Translations under genes and position numbers: made by a program | NCBI GenBank assembly: GCA_965153355.1 | Contig: OZ231126.1 | Coordinates: forward strand, 46,128,001-46,192,000 | Source of the DNA: Flaccisagitta enflata | Lineage: Eukaryota | Reading direction: 5' to 3' | DNA: 64,000 bases | Shown: one piece after another, positions 30,626-51,458 of the stretch | Position numbering within the stretch: position 1 is the first letter of the stretch | How the letters are laid out: each line of letters opens with the position of its first letter | The notes under the pieces: generated by a model | Told to the model about the DNA's origin: nothing | What the model saw: only the letters and a program-made list of their open reading frames with translations | Databases searched by the model: none

Positions 30626-32027
30626 CAGTGTGTTTCAAGTCAGTTGTAACATAAAGAATCGATATATCTCTGCTTCTAGGAGCTTTATTCAATTCTTGAA
30701 AAAAAATTTAAATAGATCTTGGTCTGCGATTTTTGCTTGTTAAAATTTCATTATGGATGGGCCATTTGTTGAGCAACCACATATGGTTAAAGATGATGTA
30801 TGATTTAGGTTTCTAACTATAGTCAAAATGAAAAAGATTTTTTTTTAAAAATGTTTTTTCATACACTCTTTTCAGTTTTTAAGGACCAGTTAATTTTTTT
30901 TTAGCCTGGATTGTCCTTAAATTTTTGCAAATTTTAGGCTGAAATGTTCTTAGCGTGTCCTTAATATTTTTCTATGATTTTCTTATTGAAATAACTTATG
31001 ATTTTCTTATTGAAATAACTTATGTTCAGTATCAGTAAATACAAGTCAAATATGATAGTTACCACTTTGAAACAAAGAAAATATGTCATTGAACAAAAAA
31101 TCTTGCAATTTTCTATAAATAAGATATTTTCCTCTTGCATTTGCGTAAAAACGATCTAAATTGTCAATCAAAAATGGTTTTTTTGTATAAATCTGAGGCT
31201 GGGCTTTTTACTTGAATTGTCCTTAATTTTTGGCAAAGTTTCAGCCTCGCTGTCCTCATAAACTTTGTCCTTACCCAATAAAAAGAGGGTACCCATTTCT
31301 ATTCGTAGGTTTAAAATTTTTTTTTGCGGTAATAGAATATCAAATTTCTGACAAAGCAAAAAAATCAGAATCTAAAAAAAATAATTTTTTCACCTGTAGC
31401 ATCAATTTTTGTAAGAAGCTTGCCAACAGGGAAAAAAATGTTATTTAAATCCAATTTTGACAAGTTTTACTAAAATGATGTTATGGGTATATAAACAAAC
31501 TTTTTTGAGTTCTGATTTTTTTGCTGTGTGATAAATTTGACGTTCTAACTTCTTCTCAAAAATTCTGTTCCTGCTGTAAAGATTGAGCTCATAATAATAT
31601 TTCAAAATTAGTATCAAAACTGGAATTAATCTGGCGGATGCTCAATTGACAGACTACACAAAAATCAATGCTACAGGTGCAAAAATGAACTTTTTCAATC
31701 TCTGACTTTTTTACTGAGTAGTAAATTTGAAAAGCTACCATGGTATAAAAAATCATGAAGCTGCTCTGAAAACTGACTTCACAGGAACAATTTGAAACTT
31801 ACTGTTTTAATTTACATTTCCATTGTTACAATTTTTTCCATTTCAAGAAATCATACATTTACTTTAAAAGTATGTTGTTGCTAAACAAATGCTCTTACCA
31901 TCATGAAATTTTACATGCAAAAATTGCAGACCAAGATCTTTTTAAAACTTTTTTCAGAATTCAATTTTAGCTCTTAGAAGCAGAGATATGTCGATTCTTT
32001 ATGTTGCAACTGAGTTGAAACACCCTG
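30626..32027. mobile_element. Tc1/mariner-type non-autonomous element with long imperfect TIRs, containing the nested MITE at 30864-31289
   Basis: TA|CAGTGTGTTTCAAGTCAGTTG...CAACTGAGTTGAAACACCCTG|TA, with inverted similarity over more than 120 bp. Confidence 0.8.
30864..31289 (-). mobile_element. Second copy of the 19029-19458 MITE, inverted
   Basis: TA|CACTCTTTT...AAAGAGGG|TA. The interior matches the reverse complement of the 19029 copy. Confidence 0.8.
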
Positions 32028-32412
32028 TACCTTTTTAAGAATCTTTAGCGTGGATTTTGATAATGATCCCGAAAGAATTTTGAAAAAAGAAAAGCACTTT
32101 CAACAGACAGTTTTTCTTGCAGATTTTAAATCTGCCTTCAAAAGTTTGATTTGAGCAATTTGAAATTTTTGGTTTTCTATTGACCCATGGAAAGTTAAAG
32201 GTAAGGCGCAGCAACCAAGACATAAACTTTTAAAACTGAAAATGATGACAACAGAAGCCCAAGACTGCTCCACAGCATGAACTGCTCGTAGAATTTTGAT
32301 ATTTTTGGATTTAGTCATTTCAGTACGGGCTAGTATCCAGCCTTGTTTCATAACTCATTTACACTGACTTAGAGGTAATGCTACAGTGGAAATGTTTATC
32401 ACTGAAGCACAA

Positions 32413-33217
32413 TTTTTTGTCGCGTACTACGCGACTCTACACTCTGCTATGTCAGTCCGTTGGTCGGTCAGTTGGTTGGTTGGTCCCCTTTTTGGGCAGC
32501 AGCCCCAAAGGGGTCGATGACCTATGCTTTCACACATATGGGGGATTTTCTCCTTCTTTTCCTTCTCCTTCTCCTACGTCCCCCCCCTCAAATCCCAGTC
32601 TTGAGGCCCAAATTCCAGTCTCAAGGCCCAAATCCCAGTCTTGAGGCCCAAATCCCAGCCTCAAGGCCCAAATCCTAGCCTCAAGGCCTAAATCCTAGCC
32701 TGGAGGCCCAGATTTCAGTCTTGAGGCCCAAATCTCAGCCTCAATGTTAAAATCTCAGCCAAGAGGCCCAGATCCTGGCCTTGAGGCCCAAAACTCAGCC
32801 TCCAGGCTAGGATTTAGGCCTTGAGGCTAGGATTTGGGCCTTGAGGCTGGGATTTGGGCCTCAAGACTGGGATTTGGGCCTTGAGACTGGAATTTGGGCC
32901 TCAGGACTGGGATTTGAGGGGGGAGGGACGGAGGAGGAGGAGAAGGAGAAGAAGGAGAAAATCCCCCATATGTGTGAAAGCATAGGTCATCGACCCCTTC
33001 GGGGCCGCTGCCCTGCTCCCCCCTCAACTTCAACCACAACCTACTTAGGCAGGGCACGGGTACCGCTGACCATCTAACGCTTTTGCGACTATTACTTTTT
33101 AGGCGTTTTTAAGCTTTTTGAGCGTACTGCTCCTGCCCAGATGCCCTAGTGACCTTTTCCAGCACTGCTCCTGCCCACCCGCACGCGACTAGGGTAGCCG
33201 TGTATCCTGCCTTGTTT
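32413..33217 (+). mobile_element. Composite HINE: family B foldback unit (32489-33094) nested in family A
   Basis: Same A-B-A layout as 23089-23886, in the opposite orientation. Arms at about 32494-32707 and 32800-33013 are close inverted copies. Confidence 0.8.
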
Positions 33218-33591
33218 ATTTGGAAAAAAAGTCGAAGAGACGAAGTCCCTTCGATCTCTTTCAGTCCAGCAGAGTTTTTTGGATTTCTCTTTTTCACATG
33301 AAGCGTTTGGGAAAGTTGAAGAGCTTTTTGGGCTGAATGATACTACGCATGCGCATGGAATGAATAGCTTAGAAAGAGCTGATTTTACTCTTTCAGATGG
33401 CGCCAAGCAGAAGATTGTGCGATCAATAGTTTTTTGCGTTAAGATTTTTTTAATCTTTTTTTATTTTTCCGCATTTTTTCCTGCGGCGATTAGCCGCCTT
33501 TATTGGTATTTAAAAGATGCCCCACTAAATCATGTGACCTCTTTGACCTACCGTAAAGTTGCGGTCAAGGTCCCTCTGCGACGGGATAATA

Positions 33592-34725
33592 ACAGGGTGT
33601 GCAAAATTATCCGCACTGGGCAGTTACTTTGCTTAAAAACCCTACCGAGAAAATAATTTTGGAAGGCATGAGGGGTAAAAATGAAAAAGTATCTTTTTTA
33701 GCATTTAAAACCAAAATCACAAAGAAAAATTTTTTTTCAGAAAGATTCTCTTTAGGTAAATTTGACTCAGTTACAACACTTCTTTAAAAAATTTATAAAA
33801 AAAGAAGGGAAATACTGTTGTTAGTTTTTCTTGCCCTTTAGGCCATGTTTATTTGCTTTTGAGAGCTCCATTGATGTTGATTTAACTTTCCTCCTTCAGC
33901 ATAGTGTGTGTTAAGCTAAGAAAGTCACCATAGATATGTTACAAATACAAGAATCTATGATTTTTTAACCTATTTTGCTTATAGAATAAAATCCTGTCAA
34001 AATCAAAATCTTTGCTTCAAATGATTTAACTCCCATATTGACAAGGGACTTAGAAAAGACCTACAGTCATTTCTAGCTTCTAGTATGACTACCGGGGGTA
34101 CTCTGGCTCAAATTTCATAATGCTAGGTCACTTCTAAGTATGGTTTTTGGGCAGCGGCCCCAAAGGGCCGATGTCCTGTAGAACACAGGGGGGAATTTCG
34201 AGACGTCCGTCCTTCCGTCCTTCCGTCCTTCCGTCCGTCCTTCCGTCCGTCCTTCCGTCCCCCCCTCCGTAGACCATCAAGGCCTCAAATTAGCCCTCCA
34301 AGGACTCAATTTAGCCCTCCAGGCCTAAAATCAGCCCTCTTGGCTTCAAATCAGCCCCCCTCCCATGCCCTTAATCTGCCTCCCAGACCTCAAATCTGCC
34401 CTCCAGACCTTCAATCAGCCCTCCAAGCTTAAAACCAGCCCGCCAAACCTCAAATCTGCTCTCCAAGCCTTAATTATGCCCTCCAGCCCTCATATATGCC
34501 TTCAGTGGCATAAATCAGCCATCTAGAGCCCCCTCAGGACAGACGGACGTCTCGAAATTCCCCCCTGTGTTCTACAGGATATCGGCCCTTTGGGGCCGCT
34601 GCCCTGCTCTCACTCCACTTCTTCACTGGATCACTCAGCAGGGCATCGGGTACCGCTGACCATGTGCGATCCTTGGATGACTAGTTATTCTATGAAGCAG
34701 GTGCGGATAATTTTGCTCACCCTGT
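33592..34725. mobile_element. MITE with TA TSD (TIR ACAGGGTGTGCAAAATTATCCGCAC), containing a nested family B-related HINE at 34144-34688
   Basis: TA|ACAGGGTGTGCAAAATTATCCGCAC...GTGCGGATAATTTTGCTCACCCTGT|TA. It shares the internal motif aataaaatcctgtcaaaatc with the 39193 copy. Confidence 0.8.
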
Positions 34726-34924
34726 TATTCAAAGTGAAATTTGTAGATTGTCAATTTCCCTTCCATGTCGACTTGTCCATATGAATCTGGATGATGTGAT
34801 GGGTGACGAAGCATCTTTGCCCTTGGAAGTTTTTTTCCAGTTGATCCGTCTAAAGATTTTTTGGGACGCTCCTTGAAATGACATAAACAAACATGAATTG
34901 ACAAACAGAGATGAGCACTTCAAT

Positions 34925-35806
34925 TAGTTGCAAAAGTGGATGGTCTGCGGTACCCGTGGTTGTGGTTGAAGTTGAAGGAGAGAGCAGGGCAGCAGCCTCA
35001 AAGGGGCCAATTACCTCTGCTTTCACACATAAGGAAATTTCTCTTTCTCCTTTTGGGCAGCGGCCCTGAAGGGGCCGATGACCTATGCTTTCACATATGC
35101 AGAAATTTCTCCTTCTTCTTCTTCTTCTCCTTCTCCTCCGTCTGTACCCCCCCCAGCTTTGCGGCCCAAATTCTGGCTGTGAGGCCCATATTCCACTCCA
35201 GAGATCCAAATTCTAACCTTGAGGCCCAAATTCTAGCCTTGAGGCCAAAATTCTAGCCCGGAGGCCCAAAATTTAGCCCTGAGGCCCAAATTCTAGCTGT
35301 GAGGCTCATGTTCCACCCCAGAGATCCAAATTCTAACCTTGTGGCTTAAATCCCAGCCTCATGGCTCAAATCCCAGCCTTGAGGCTCAAATCCCAGCCTC
35401 AAGGCTCAAATCCCAGCCTCAAGGCTCAAATCTAAACCTCAAGACTCAAATCCAAACCTCAAAGCCCCAATTCCAGCCTCGAAGCCATAATTCCAGCCTC
35501 GAGGCTATAATTCTAGCTTCAAGGCTCAAATCCCAGCCTCAAGGCTCAACTCCAAGCCTCAAGGCCCCAATTCCAGCCTTGAGGCCATAATTCCAGCCTT
35601 GAGGCTCTAATAAAAACAGCATAGGTCAAAATATGTGACAGACGGACGAACCGACCAGCAGACCAACTGACTGACCAACTAACCGACATAGCGGCTTCTA
35701 GAGTCGCATTCACACGACTGAAAATACAAAGATTTAAATCAACCTAAACGTACAGTGTTTTTGTACAGATGGGTCATCAGCCCCTTCGGGGCCGCTGCTC
35801 AAAAAA
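34925..35806. mobile_element. Nested HINE family B and A fragments with a 20-bp minisatellite
   Basis: gggcagcggccctgaaggggccgatgacctatgctttcac, (gaggcccaaattctagcctt)n, and a family A 5' end at 35640-35723. Confidence 0.65.
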
Positions 35807-36223
35807 ACGGCCCAAAACACTTGCCATCATGACCGAGCATTTTTCTTGACTTATGAAAGCCTCCCCCGTAGCGTATACCAAGACCAGACGCATCTTTGGC
35901 CTATTTGGCCTTGTTTCAGTTAGTAATCAATTACCCCAACAACCAGGACAACACAAGTTAAACAACGTTAGCAGTCCTCTTCAATTACACTTCCAAGTAA
36001 AGGTGTTTGCGTCCAGCAGTCCTCGCATCTAGTGTGTCCCTAGTGAAGGAAATTTCTCGATGCAATTTTGAGGTACTTTTCTTGATTTCTTCATCTCGTA
36101 CCAAAAGAGGACGCATCTATTGGACATCTCTTGGCCTTGTTAAGATATGAGGAAATTCAGAGAAAACTACCTAACGGCGCGGTATAATCCCATAACTCGA
36201 AACTGGTTATGCACTACGTGTGT

Positions 36224-36557
36224 CAGGGTGCCAAAAACAGGCGAAACTGGCTTTCCCCCCGCCCACATCGTTTTCTTTTGCAAAATTTCTTTCAAACGAG
36301 CCGTCGCGCGACCTTCAATTCAATCGGGAACCATCGTTAGGGAGTGGTTGAAGTTTGTATTGAATTAGCATTGGAATCAATATTTCTATTATGCAAATTT
36401 TTTTTCCGCCATAGAAATCTATGGAAACTTCATGGTCACCCTAACGATGGTTCCCGATCGATTTGAAAATCGCGCGACGGCTCATTTGATAGCATTTAAG
36501 CAAAGAAAACAGATGATGGCGGGGGTAAACCCAATTTCAGCCAATTCCGGCACTCTG
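36224..36557. mobile_element. Older hAT-like palindromic MITE (334 bp)
   Basis: CAGGGTGCC...GGCACTCTG termini, internal inverted arms (atcgggaaccatcgttaggg / ccctaacgatggttcccgat), and a degenerate 8-bp TSD acgtgtgt / acatgcgt. Confidence 0.7.
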
Positions 36558-36873
36558 ACATGCGTATTATGCACTTGCCCTACCTTACCCCTAACCTCAC
36601 CTCTAGCTCTAATGGCTAACACCATCCCTTACCCTAAACACACCCCTAACCTCACCAGTCATCACTTACCCATTGCGCTATGAGGCCGTTTCGCCGAAAA
36701 TTAATTGTCAATTTCCTTTCTTAGCGACTTAGTATCTCTACACCTCACTTTATCCGTCAGTCTATCTATCTGTCCGTCCATCACGTCGGTTCGTCCTTCG
36801 GTCCATCTGTCACAAAGCTGATTTTTCATCTGTTTTACCGTATTATGGCCAGAAACCCATGTTGCATGTTTTG

Positions 36874-36907
<34 letters not shown>

Positions 36908-38265
36908 AAAAAAGTAAAATTATGAAATTCGACTTTTTGAAATATAGAGAAGAAATAAAGTTTTTTCATTTTTCGTTTAGGCAATTTTAGGAAGTTGAGC
37001 CATTTCCTGGAGAGGAGTTTATATTTTTGAAATTCACAGCTAAGAAAAAACTAATTTTTTTGTTTCAAATAGCGCCAACCAGAGGTCTCTAGGATGATTA
37101 CTTTTCGCATTATAATTTTTTATTTCATTAAGAATAACTTTTTTTACGAATCTCAGTGAAAACAAATTCAATTTTTTTGGGTGAATTGAACCTGTGAGTT
37201 TGAAAAAATGTTAACCATCATAAAATATCTCCCATTCCTACCTTGTTTAGCCAGGCAGGTGTCATTTCATTAGGTTTAAAAGCCCTGATTACAGTTCACA
37301 GAATTGTAGGAGTTTCACTAAGCAAAATAAAAAAGTTTTAAAATCATTAAATTGTAAAATTTTTCGATATGCGTCAAAGTTGCTACAACATCAGTGGCCC
37401 AGCAGATGTTATTTGTCACTTTGTATGTCCAAGCAGAAAACAATATATAAGTCAATACTTTGCTGGCCAGTTGATTTTGAGAAAAACAATTGGTCTTTGC
37501 TCCTAATGTGTGAAAAGAATGACAAATTTGGATAATTTCATCTTTAAATTTATGGAGAAAATAGGAGTAGGGAGAAATTGCAATTGATATCTTTACTTCA
37601 AAAAAAATGCTTGAGACCCAATGCTAAAATTTGGCATGAATAAATGCAAAAACATAATTTTTCCGGCATTTTTCTCAGAATTTGATTTCGTTAATTTGTT
37701 TTGGAGTTGTGTCATCAGCTTTCGTTTCATATGAAAAAAATCATACTGTAGGAGGTGACCATGATACAAATAGGTGGTCGAGGATGCCTAGGTGAAAATT
37801 GCTTTGAACTGACCTGATAGATAGTCCAAGGACATAGACAGGCCTAAGCTCAGTCCAATCACGATAATGATATAGATCCAAAACATGACAAAATGTTGTT
37901 GCGAAAAGTTTATTGCAAAAGCATAAGTAAAAAAATTGTCGCAAAACCAAATGAAAAAAAGTCACGACAATATCTAAGTATTCTTAGTAAGTCTTTAGAG
38001 TTTAGACTATTGTTGTTAATTTGCGGTCGCTGCACTGGGAAACGTGAAACGTTTAATGTAATCACATATACGCGACTCAAGTAATCATTATCTGCGGGTT
38101 CCCGATGCCCCATAAGATCTTAAAGTTACTGAAGATTATATAGGTTGATTGGCCAGCGACCCGGAGAAGCCGATGAGCTAATTATTCTGTCAGAGAAGTT
38201 CAAGATGGCTGGCCTGAGGCCTGGAAGTGCTGATTTTTGGCCTGGGAGGTTCCAATGGTAACTAG

Positions 38266-38659
38266 CAGGCCTTGATTTAGAGCGGGCCCGCGGGCCCGAG
38301 GCCCACATTTTGGCTTCCGGGCCCGCTATTTTGGCTGACTGCGGGCCCGGTTGGCCCGCTCTCATTTAGCTGTATACTATGCACTCAACTTTTTTCTTCC
38401 AAATTGCTGTGATCTGAAAGTAGAATCGTATAACAGAATGATACTTTAACAATCATCCTATCATTTTCCCCTTTTGCTACATTCAAGGAGCAAAGAAAAA
38501 ACGCTGATGTTGTTTGGCAATCCTGTAAAAAACTTAAAACAATTGGGAAAAAGAGCTACATAGATTTTACCGGGCCCGCTGTTCCTGTGTCGGGCACGCT
38601 AAAATTTGGAGGAGCGGGCCCGGTTGGCCCACTCAAAGAAATTACTAAGGAAAGGCCTG
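38266..38659 (+). mobile_element. Young hAT MITE (394 bp), copy 1
   Basis: 15-bp imperfect TIR CAGGCCTTgatTTAG / CTAAggaAAGGCCTG, perfect 8-bp TSD GTAACTAG (38258-38265, 38660-38667), and subterminal GGGCCC repeats. Confidence 0.93.
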
Positions 38660-39192
38660 GTAACTAGTCATCCAAGGATTGCGCTTAGTCAGCGATACCC
38701 GATGCTCTGCTTTGAGTGATCAAGTGAAAAAGAGTAAGAGTAAGAGCAGGACAGCAGCCCAAAAAGGCTGATGTATTTATAAAATGCAGGGGTGAATCTC
38801 CAGACATCCTGAGGGAGCATATTACAGGCCTCAGATGACAGATTTAGGTCATGAAGGGCAGATTTGAGGGCTGGAAGATAGATTTGAGGTGTGGAGGCCA
38901 GTTTTGAGGACTGGGTAGCAGATTTAAGGCATGGAGGGCTTTTTTGAAGCCGGGAGGGCTAATGAACGGTCTGGAGGGCAGAGTTTAAGTGTGGTGGGCA
39001 AACTTGAAGCCCGAATGGCAGACTTAAGGCACAGAGGGCTGATTAGAGGCCTGGAGGGCTAAATTGAGGAAGCTGATTTTAGGCCTTGGTAGCCGAAAGG
39101 GGGGGGGACAGTTTAACCATCACACGCCAGGAAATATCTTACACGACAGGGAAGGACAAGACACACTCCAGGACATCCTATTGGACATCCTA

Positions 39193-39868
39193 ACAGGGTG
39201 TGCAAAAAAAATCCGCACAAGTCATCATTTGTTCTATAATAACACCTAGAATTTGAGAATTTTTTTTAAACTAATGTTAAGAGTTGAAAATTAGATTTTT
39301 TTCATATTTTAGATAAGAAAACAAGGCCGGATACACGGCAATCCAGTCGCGGACGGTTGGGCAGGAGCAGTAATGCGAAAACCGCTCGGAATTCAAAAAT
39401 GTGACATACCGACCGACGGATCGACCGACCTACCGACCGACACGGCAAGGTGTAGAGCCGCGTGTCCGCGACTAAAAATGAAGGTATGGTAGACAGCAAA
39501 GTACATTTTTAGACCAATAAAGACTAGAATATGACAAAAAAATTTTTCTGTGGATAAATATCTAGATCTTTTCTAAATTCAATTGATGTATCCTTTTTTG
39601 TTGACTGAAATCCCTCCTGCTTGACATAACCATCCCCCTTTATGCATAGTAAACACAGCCTTGTCAATAAAATCCTGTCAAAATCTTATTTTTGGTTTCT
39701 TTTTAGATGCATATCTTGGACATACATGGAAATTGTATCAGCTTTTCTTAATTTCTACTTTTAATATGACCAACCAGGATAATCTAGTTCAAATTTTGAT
39801 TCATATCTCAAATAAAAAGTAGGGTTTTTGAGCATTACACAGAGTGCGAATTTTTTTGCACACCCTGT
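39193..39868. mobile_element. MITE of the ACAGGGTGTGC family inserted in a family B HINE (about 38660-39905), itself containing a family A HINE at 39319-39478
   Basis: TA|ACAGGGTGTGCAAAAAAAATCCGCAC...GTGCGAATTTTTTTGCACACCCTGT|TA. Removing it restores the host motif ctacaggacatcggccc. Confidence 0.8.
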
Positions 39869-39964
39869 TACAGGACATCGGCCCTATAGGGCCACTGCCC
39901 CCGAAAAAAAAAAACTTGGAAAACAAATATAGGGCCTAGACGAGCTATCATAAGGGCCAAGAGG

Positions 39965-40707
39965 GCTGATTTCACACTTTTCGACTTGACCATCACGGAT
40001 GTACTCACGAACCGACGGACGGGCAAACTAAGCCTCTTATAAAGTTGCGTGTCCGCAACTGAACAAGGCCGGATACACGGCTACCGAAGTCGCGTTCGGG
40101 TGGGCAAGGGCTACATTTGAGGTCACTATACCATTTGGGCAGGAGCAGTGAGGTCCAAAAATGAAAATAAAAAAAGTAAAGTGTGACCGACCGACAGACC
40201 GACGGACAAAGCGGAGTCACGAGCACGCGACTAAAAAGAGAGAAAGAAAAATTGAACTTGAAGGATGAAGGATCAGATAAAGAGCAGAAGTAAGACGAAC
40301 ACTGATAGTGAATACTGCACTGTAAGGCTGTAAGGATCCTTTAAGGGGGGGGGGGGATGTTAGAACGTCAACAACAACAATTACAACATCAGCAAATTAT
40401 CGAGTACGAATTATGATATCATGGCGAGGAATCAAGTCAAGGAAAGCAGCGACAATAGAAACCTAATCCTTCACGACTTCGGGGGCAACCTAATCAAAAC
40501 CACGGCAGCTAGCAGCTAGAACATTAACTACAATGCCGGATACACGGCAATCCAGTCGCGGACGGTTGGGCAGGAGCAGTTATGCAAAAACCGCTCGGAA
40601 TTCAAAAAAATTCGTAACCCAACGACCTACCGACCGACCGACCGACCTACCGACCGACCGACCGACCGGCACAGCAAGGTGTAGAGTCGCGTGTCCGCGA
40701 CTAAAAA
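39965..40707 (-). mobile_element. Cluster of HINE family A copies (about 39965-40061, 40062-40236, 40533-40707)
   Basis: gccggatacacggc...(CCGA)n...tagagtcgcgtgtccgcgactaaaaa. Confidence 0.7.
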
Positions 40708-40774
40708 CAGCAACCCGACGATAACAAAAAAAACAGCAGCAACACTATTAACAACACAAAAACCGCAGTCGCCA

Positions 40775-41790
<1,016 letters not shown>

Positions 41791-42434
41791 AAGTAACTCA
41801 TGATTAAAGTTCAACTAAAGCACCCTCCACGTCAACCACCTCCATGGACTATTGATTTTTTTTCTTCTTTCTCTGGAATAAAAAAAGAAGGATAAAAGAA
41901 AAATGTTAGAATAAATTATTTAGATCAGCTGACTGGATCTGGCTCCTGATTGGTTGAGTTCTTCTCCTTGAACCCAATGCGTAAAATCTTTCTTTCCTTT
42001 AACATCTCTGTCCCGATGGATAACACTGATGTTATCTTCTTCTCCTCTTGCATCGCACTTTGGTGGCCGAGCCACACGAAACCTCTCCGTCTGTGCCTGT
42101 ATATGCTTGTTTCGCTTTTGACGATCTTCGCGTACATGTCGACGATGACGTCGACGATGACGATAACCTAAGCGATGATAATAACCTTGATAATACATAC
42201 TACTTCTATTTTTTCCGAACTTCTTCCTACCACCTCCACCACCACTGGCCATAGGCATTTTATTTCTTCTTCTCAAAACGCCTTTTTTTTCTCACTCCAC
42301 CCTTTTGCAGCGTCAGCTTCAGACCCTACTCATAGCTCATCTTATACATAATCATTTTTTTCTTGTTTTTTTTTCTTTTTTTCTATCTTGATGTGTTCTT
42401 TTTTTTTTCCTCTATCTCTCCATTTTACTCCTTT

Positions 42435-42538
<104 letters not shown>

Positions 42539-42848
42539 CACTAAGAAGACGACATTGAATAACTCCTCACGCCCTACCTTCTAACTCTGCTTTCTCCTCC
42601 TCCAGACGAAAACGATTGCGTTCATCCCCAAAAATTCATAATAACCAATCTCTCTTCCTCGTAAAGAAAGAACACATATGTGGAGGATATTTTTTGTTTC
42701 TTTCTCTCATTCTCTCTCTGCTTCTCTCTCTTTCTCCACGTCGTCTTCTGCACTCCGGCCACGCCCTTGATAAATTATCCACGGAGTCACAATCTGTCCA
42801 TCATCCACGCTCAATTGAATAACAGTCCCTCGTCCATACTTTTTACGG

Positions 42849-42910
<62 letters not shown>

Positions 42911-42933
42911 AAGCTTCCTAGAAGGGCGGAAAT

Positions 42934-49446
<6,513 letters not shown>

Positions 49447-50222
49447 GAGAACGGGGTTTAGAAGAAGGAAATGGTCTTTATTAGAAACAGTCAGGGTCCA
49501 AATAGATGAATATTATATAAACAATGCCATCGAAAAATGTCATTATGCTGTTACAATATATATTGGCTTTAAGTGTAGTTATATCAATAGTTTGTTCTTT
49601 TTCATAGTAAAGAAAACCTCAAGCTGTAAATTTTTTTCTTCTTTGTATATCCTTAGGGACGCTGACTGTTCACTCTTGATTACATATTTACCCACCAGAA
49701 TTGCGGATTGATTCGTATTAAATTACAGACTCGTGCCAATTGTTCTCCTCCACTTTTGAGATCCTTTTCTCTCCATAATTTTTTTTTCTTTTTTCTTACC
49801 GAGATACTATGTATCTTGCCTGATTGTAGCGGTGACAGGAGCTTGCGCAATATACTACACTTAAAGTACAGCTAAAATATCACTGCTCAGTACACACACA
49901 ATATTTTTAAAGCATACTTTCTTATCGTTTTGTCATGGTAGATTATCTGAATCAGATGTTTTTTTTAAAAGAGAAATGGCGTTTTCTTTAATATAAATTA
50001 TCATTGAAAACATAAGCCACGATGTCGATTATGTTTTAAGTTTTTTTGCTGATACAATTTGTAACGGACTAATTAACATTGGGCTTTTAAACAGAAAAAT
50101 ATTCAAGAACACGGAATTTTTTTTATCGCTCGCTATAAATTTTTGTTTTAGTGGATTGCAAAAGAATTAATGTTTCTTTAGAAACTGGCAATTGCAGTGG
50201 CGCATCATGCATCATGAAGTAT

Positions 50223-50417
50223 TTAAAGTCGCTTGCACGCGGCTCAATCATCCGCTATGTCTGTCGGTCGGTCGGTCCTACGGTCCGTAACACTTAGCTT
50301 TTTTGGTGTTATTAGGCGGTTTTGCATTACTGCTCCTGCCAAAATGTCTGGTTAGCCTTTTTTTATCATCGCCCTTCCCACCTGGTGACTTCGGTTGCCT
50401 TGTAAACGGCCATGTTT
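50223..50417 (+). mobile_element. Diverged HINE family A copy
   Basis: agtcgcttgcacgcggct, (GTCG)n, ttactgctcctgcc and 3' gccttgtaaacggccatgttt. Confidence 0.6.
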
Positions 50418-51383
50418 AAAAGTTTGTGTTTTTGATTTAGCTGTCAACGTTTAACTGCTTAGTGTGATATAGAGTAGCAAATAGCATAACTGTTGAGGAA
50501 TAATGGAATGATTGCCAGTGTCAGTTTACTCTTATTTTGTATATATCTCTGATTACACGTTGCTTATGAATACTTCTTGTTTTTATTCATTCGTTCAATA
50601 TTATGGATTGAATATAGTTCAGTGACGTCGGAATTTCTCATGATAGCTACATCCGACTTTAACAAACCCATGTATAACGGAAATTCGCCCTTCTTTTTAT
50701 CATTTCCTTTACTATCTATAAGAGTCAGAATGAAATGGACAGAAAGCATTGGTTAGTTACTCGACCTCCATTTCTGCGGGTTGCAACTTATCAAGATGAG
50801 TGTGACCTGCTATATTATTTGATGGATGTTAGACTCAAAGATAGTCTTGATTAATTGTCTGAAATAGCACCCACCCTCTATTGATAGATGACTAGATTCA
50901 TTTAATACTCATGTCTTGTCGATGGAAAGTCTAGCCAGAACTCTGATTAGATCAGTAAAAAAAATTTTCAGCTCCACATAACAAGACTCAAGGTTAGGTC
51001 CGCGAACAGGCGTCCTCGGGACTCGAAAATTTTTCATTTTTCAAATTTGTCTGAAACTGATCTTAACCTTCCCTAGTGATCAGTAGAAGTCGTTCCTACG
51101 AATTTTGGCGCTTAACGAAGCATAGCACGTCAGCAAATGCATGTTTTTACTTAATTATGCAAATCAGGAAAATGAATGTTAGTTAGTGTCTGCGTGAAGC
51201 AGAATCTATCCATTCTTACCCACGGAGACTTAATTTGATTGAGAATATGTGCCTCCTTGCACATCTGTAAGAGGTCATACCGTACATTGGTCGATTGGTT
51301 GGTTGGTCTGTCCATCATGCAAACATTAAAACCGCACAAAATTATTGAATGTTCATATTTTTTGCTTCCACCCCAGGAAATAA

Positions 51384-51458
<75 letters not shown>

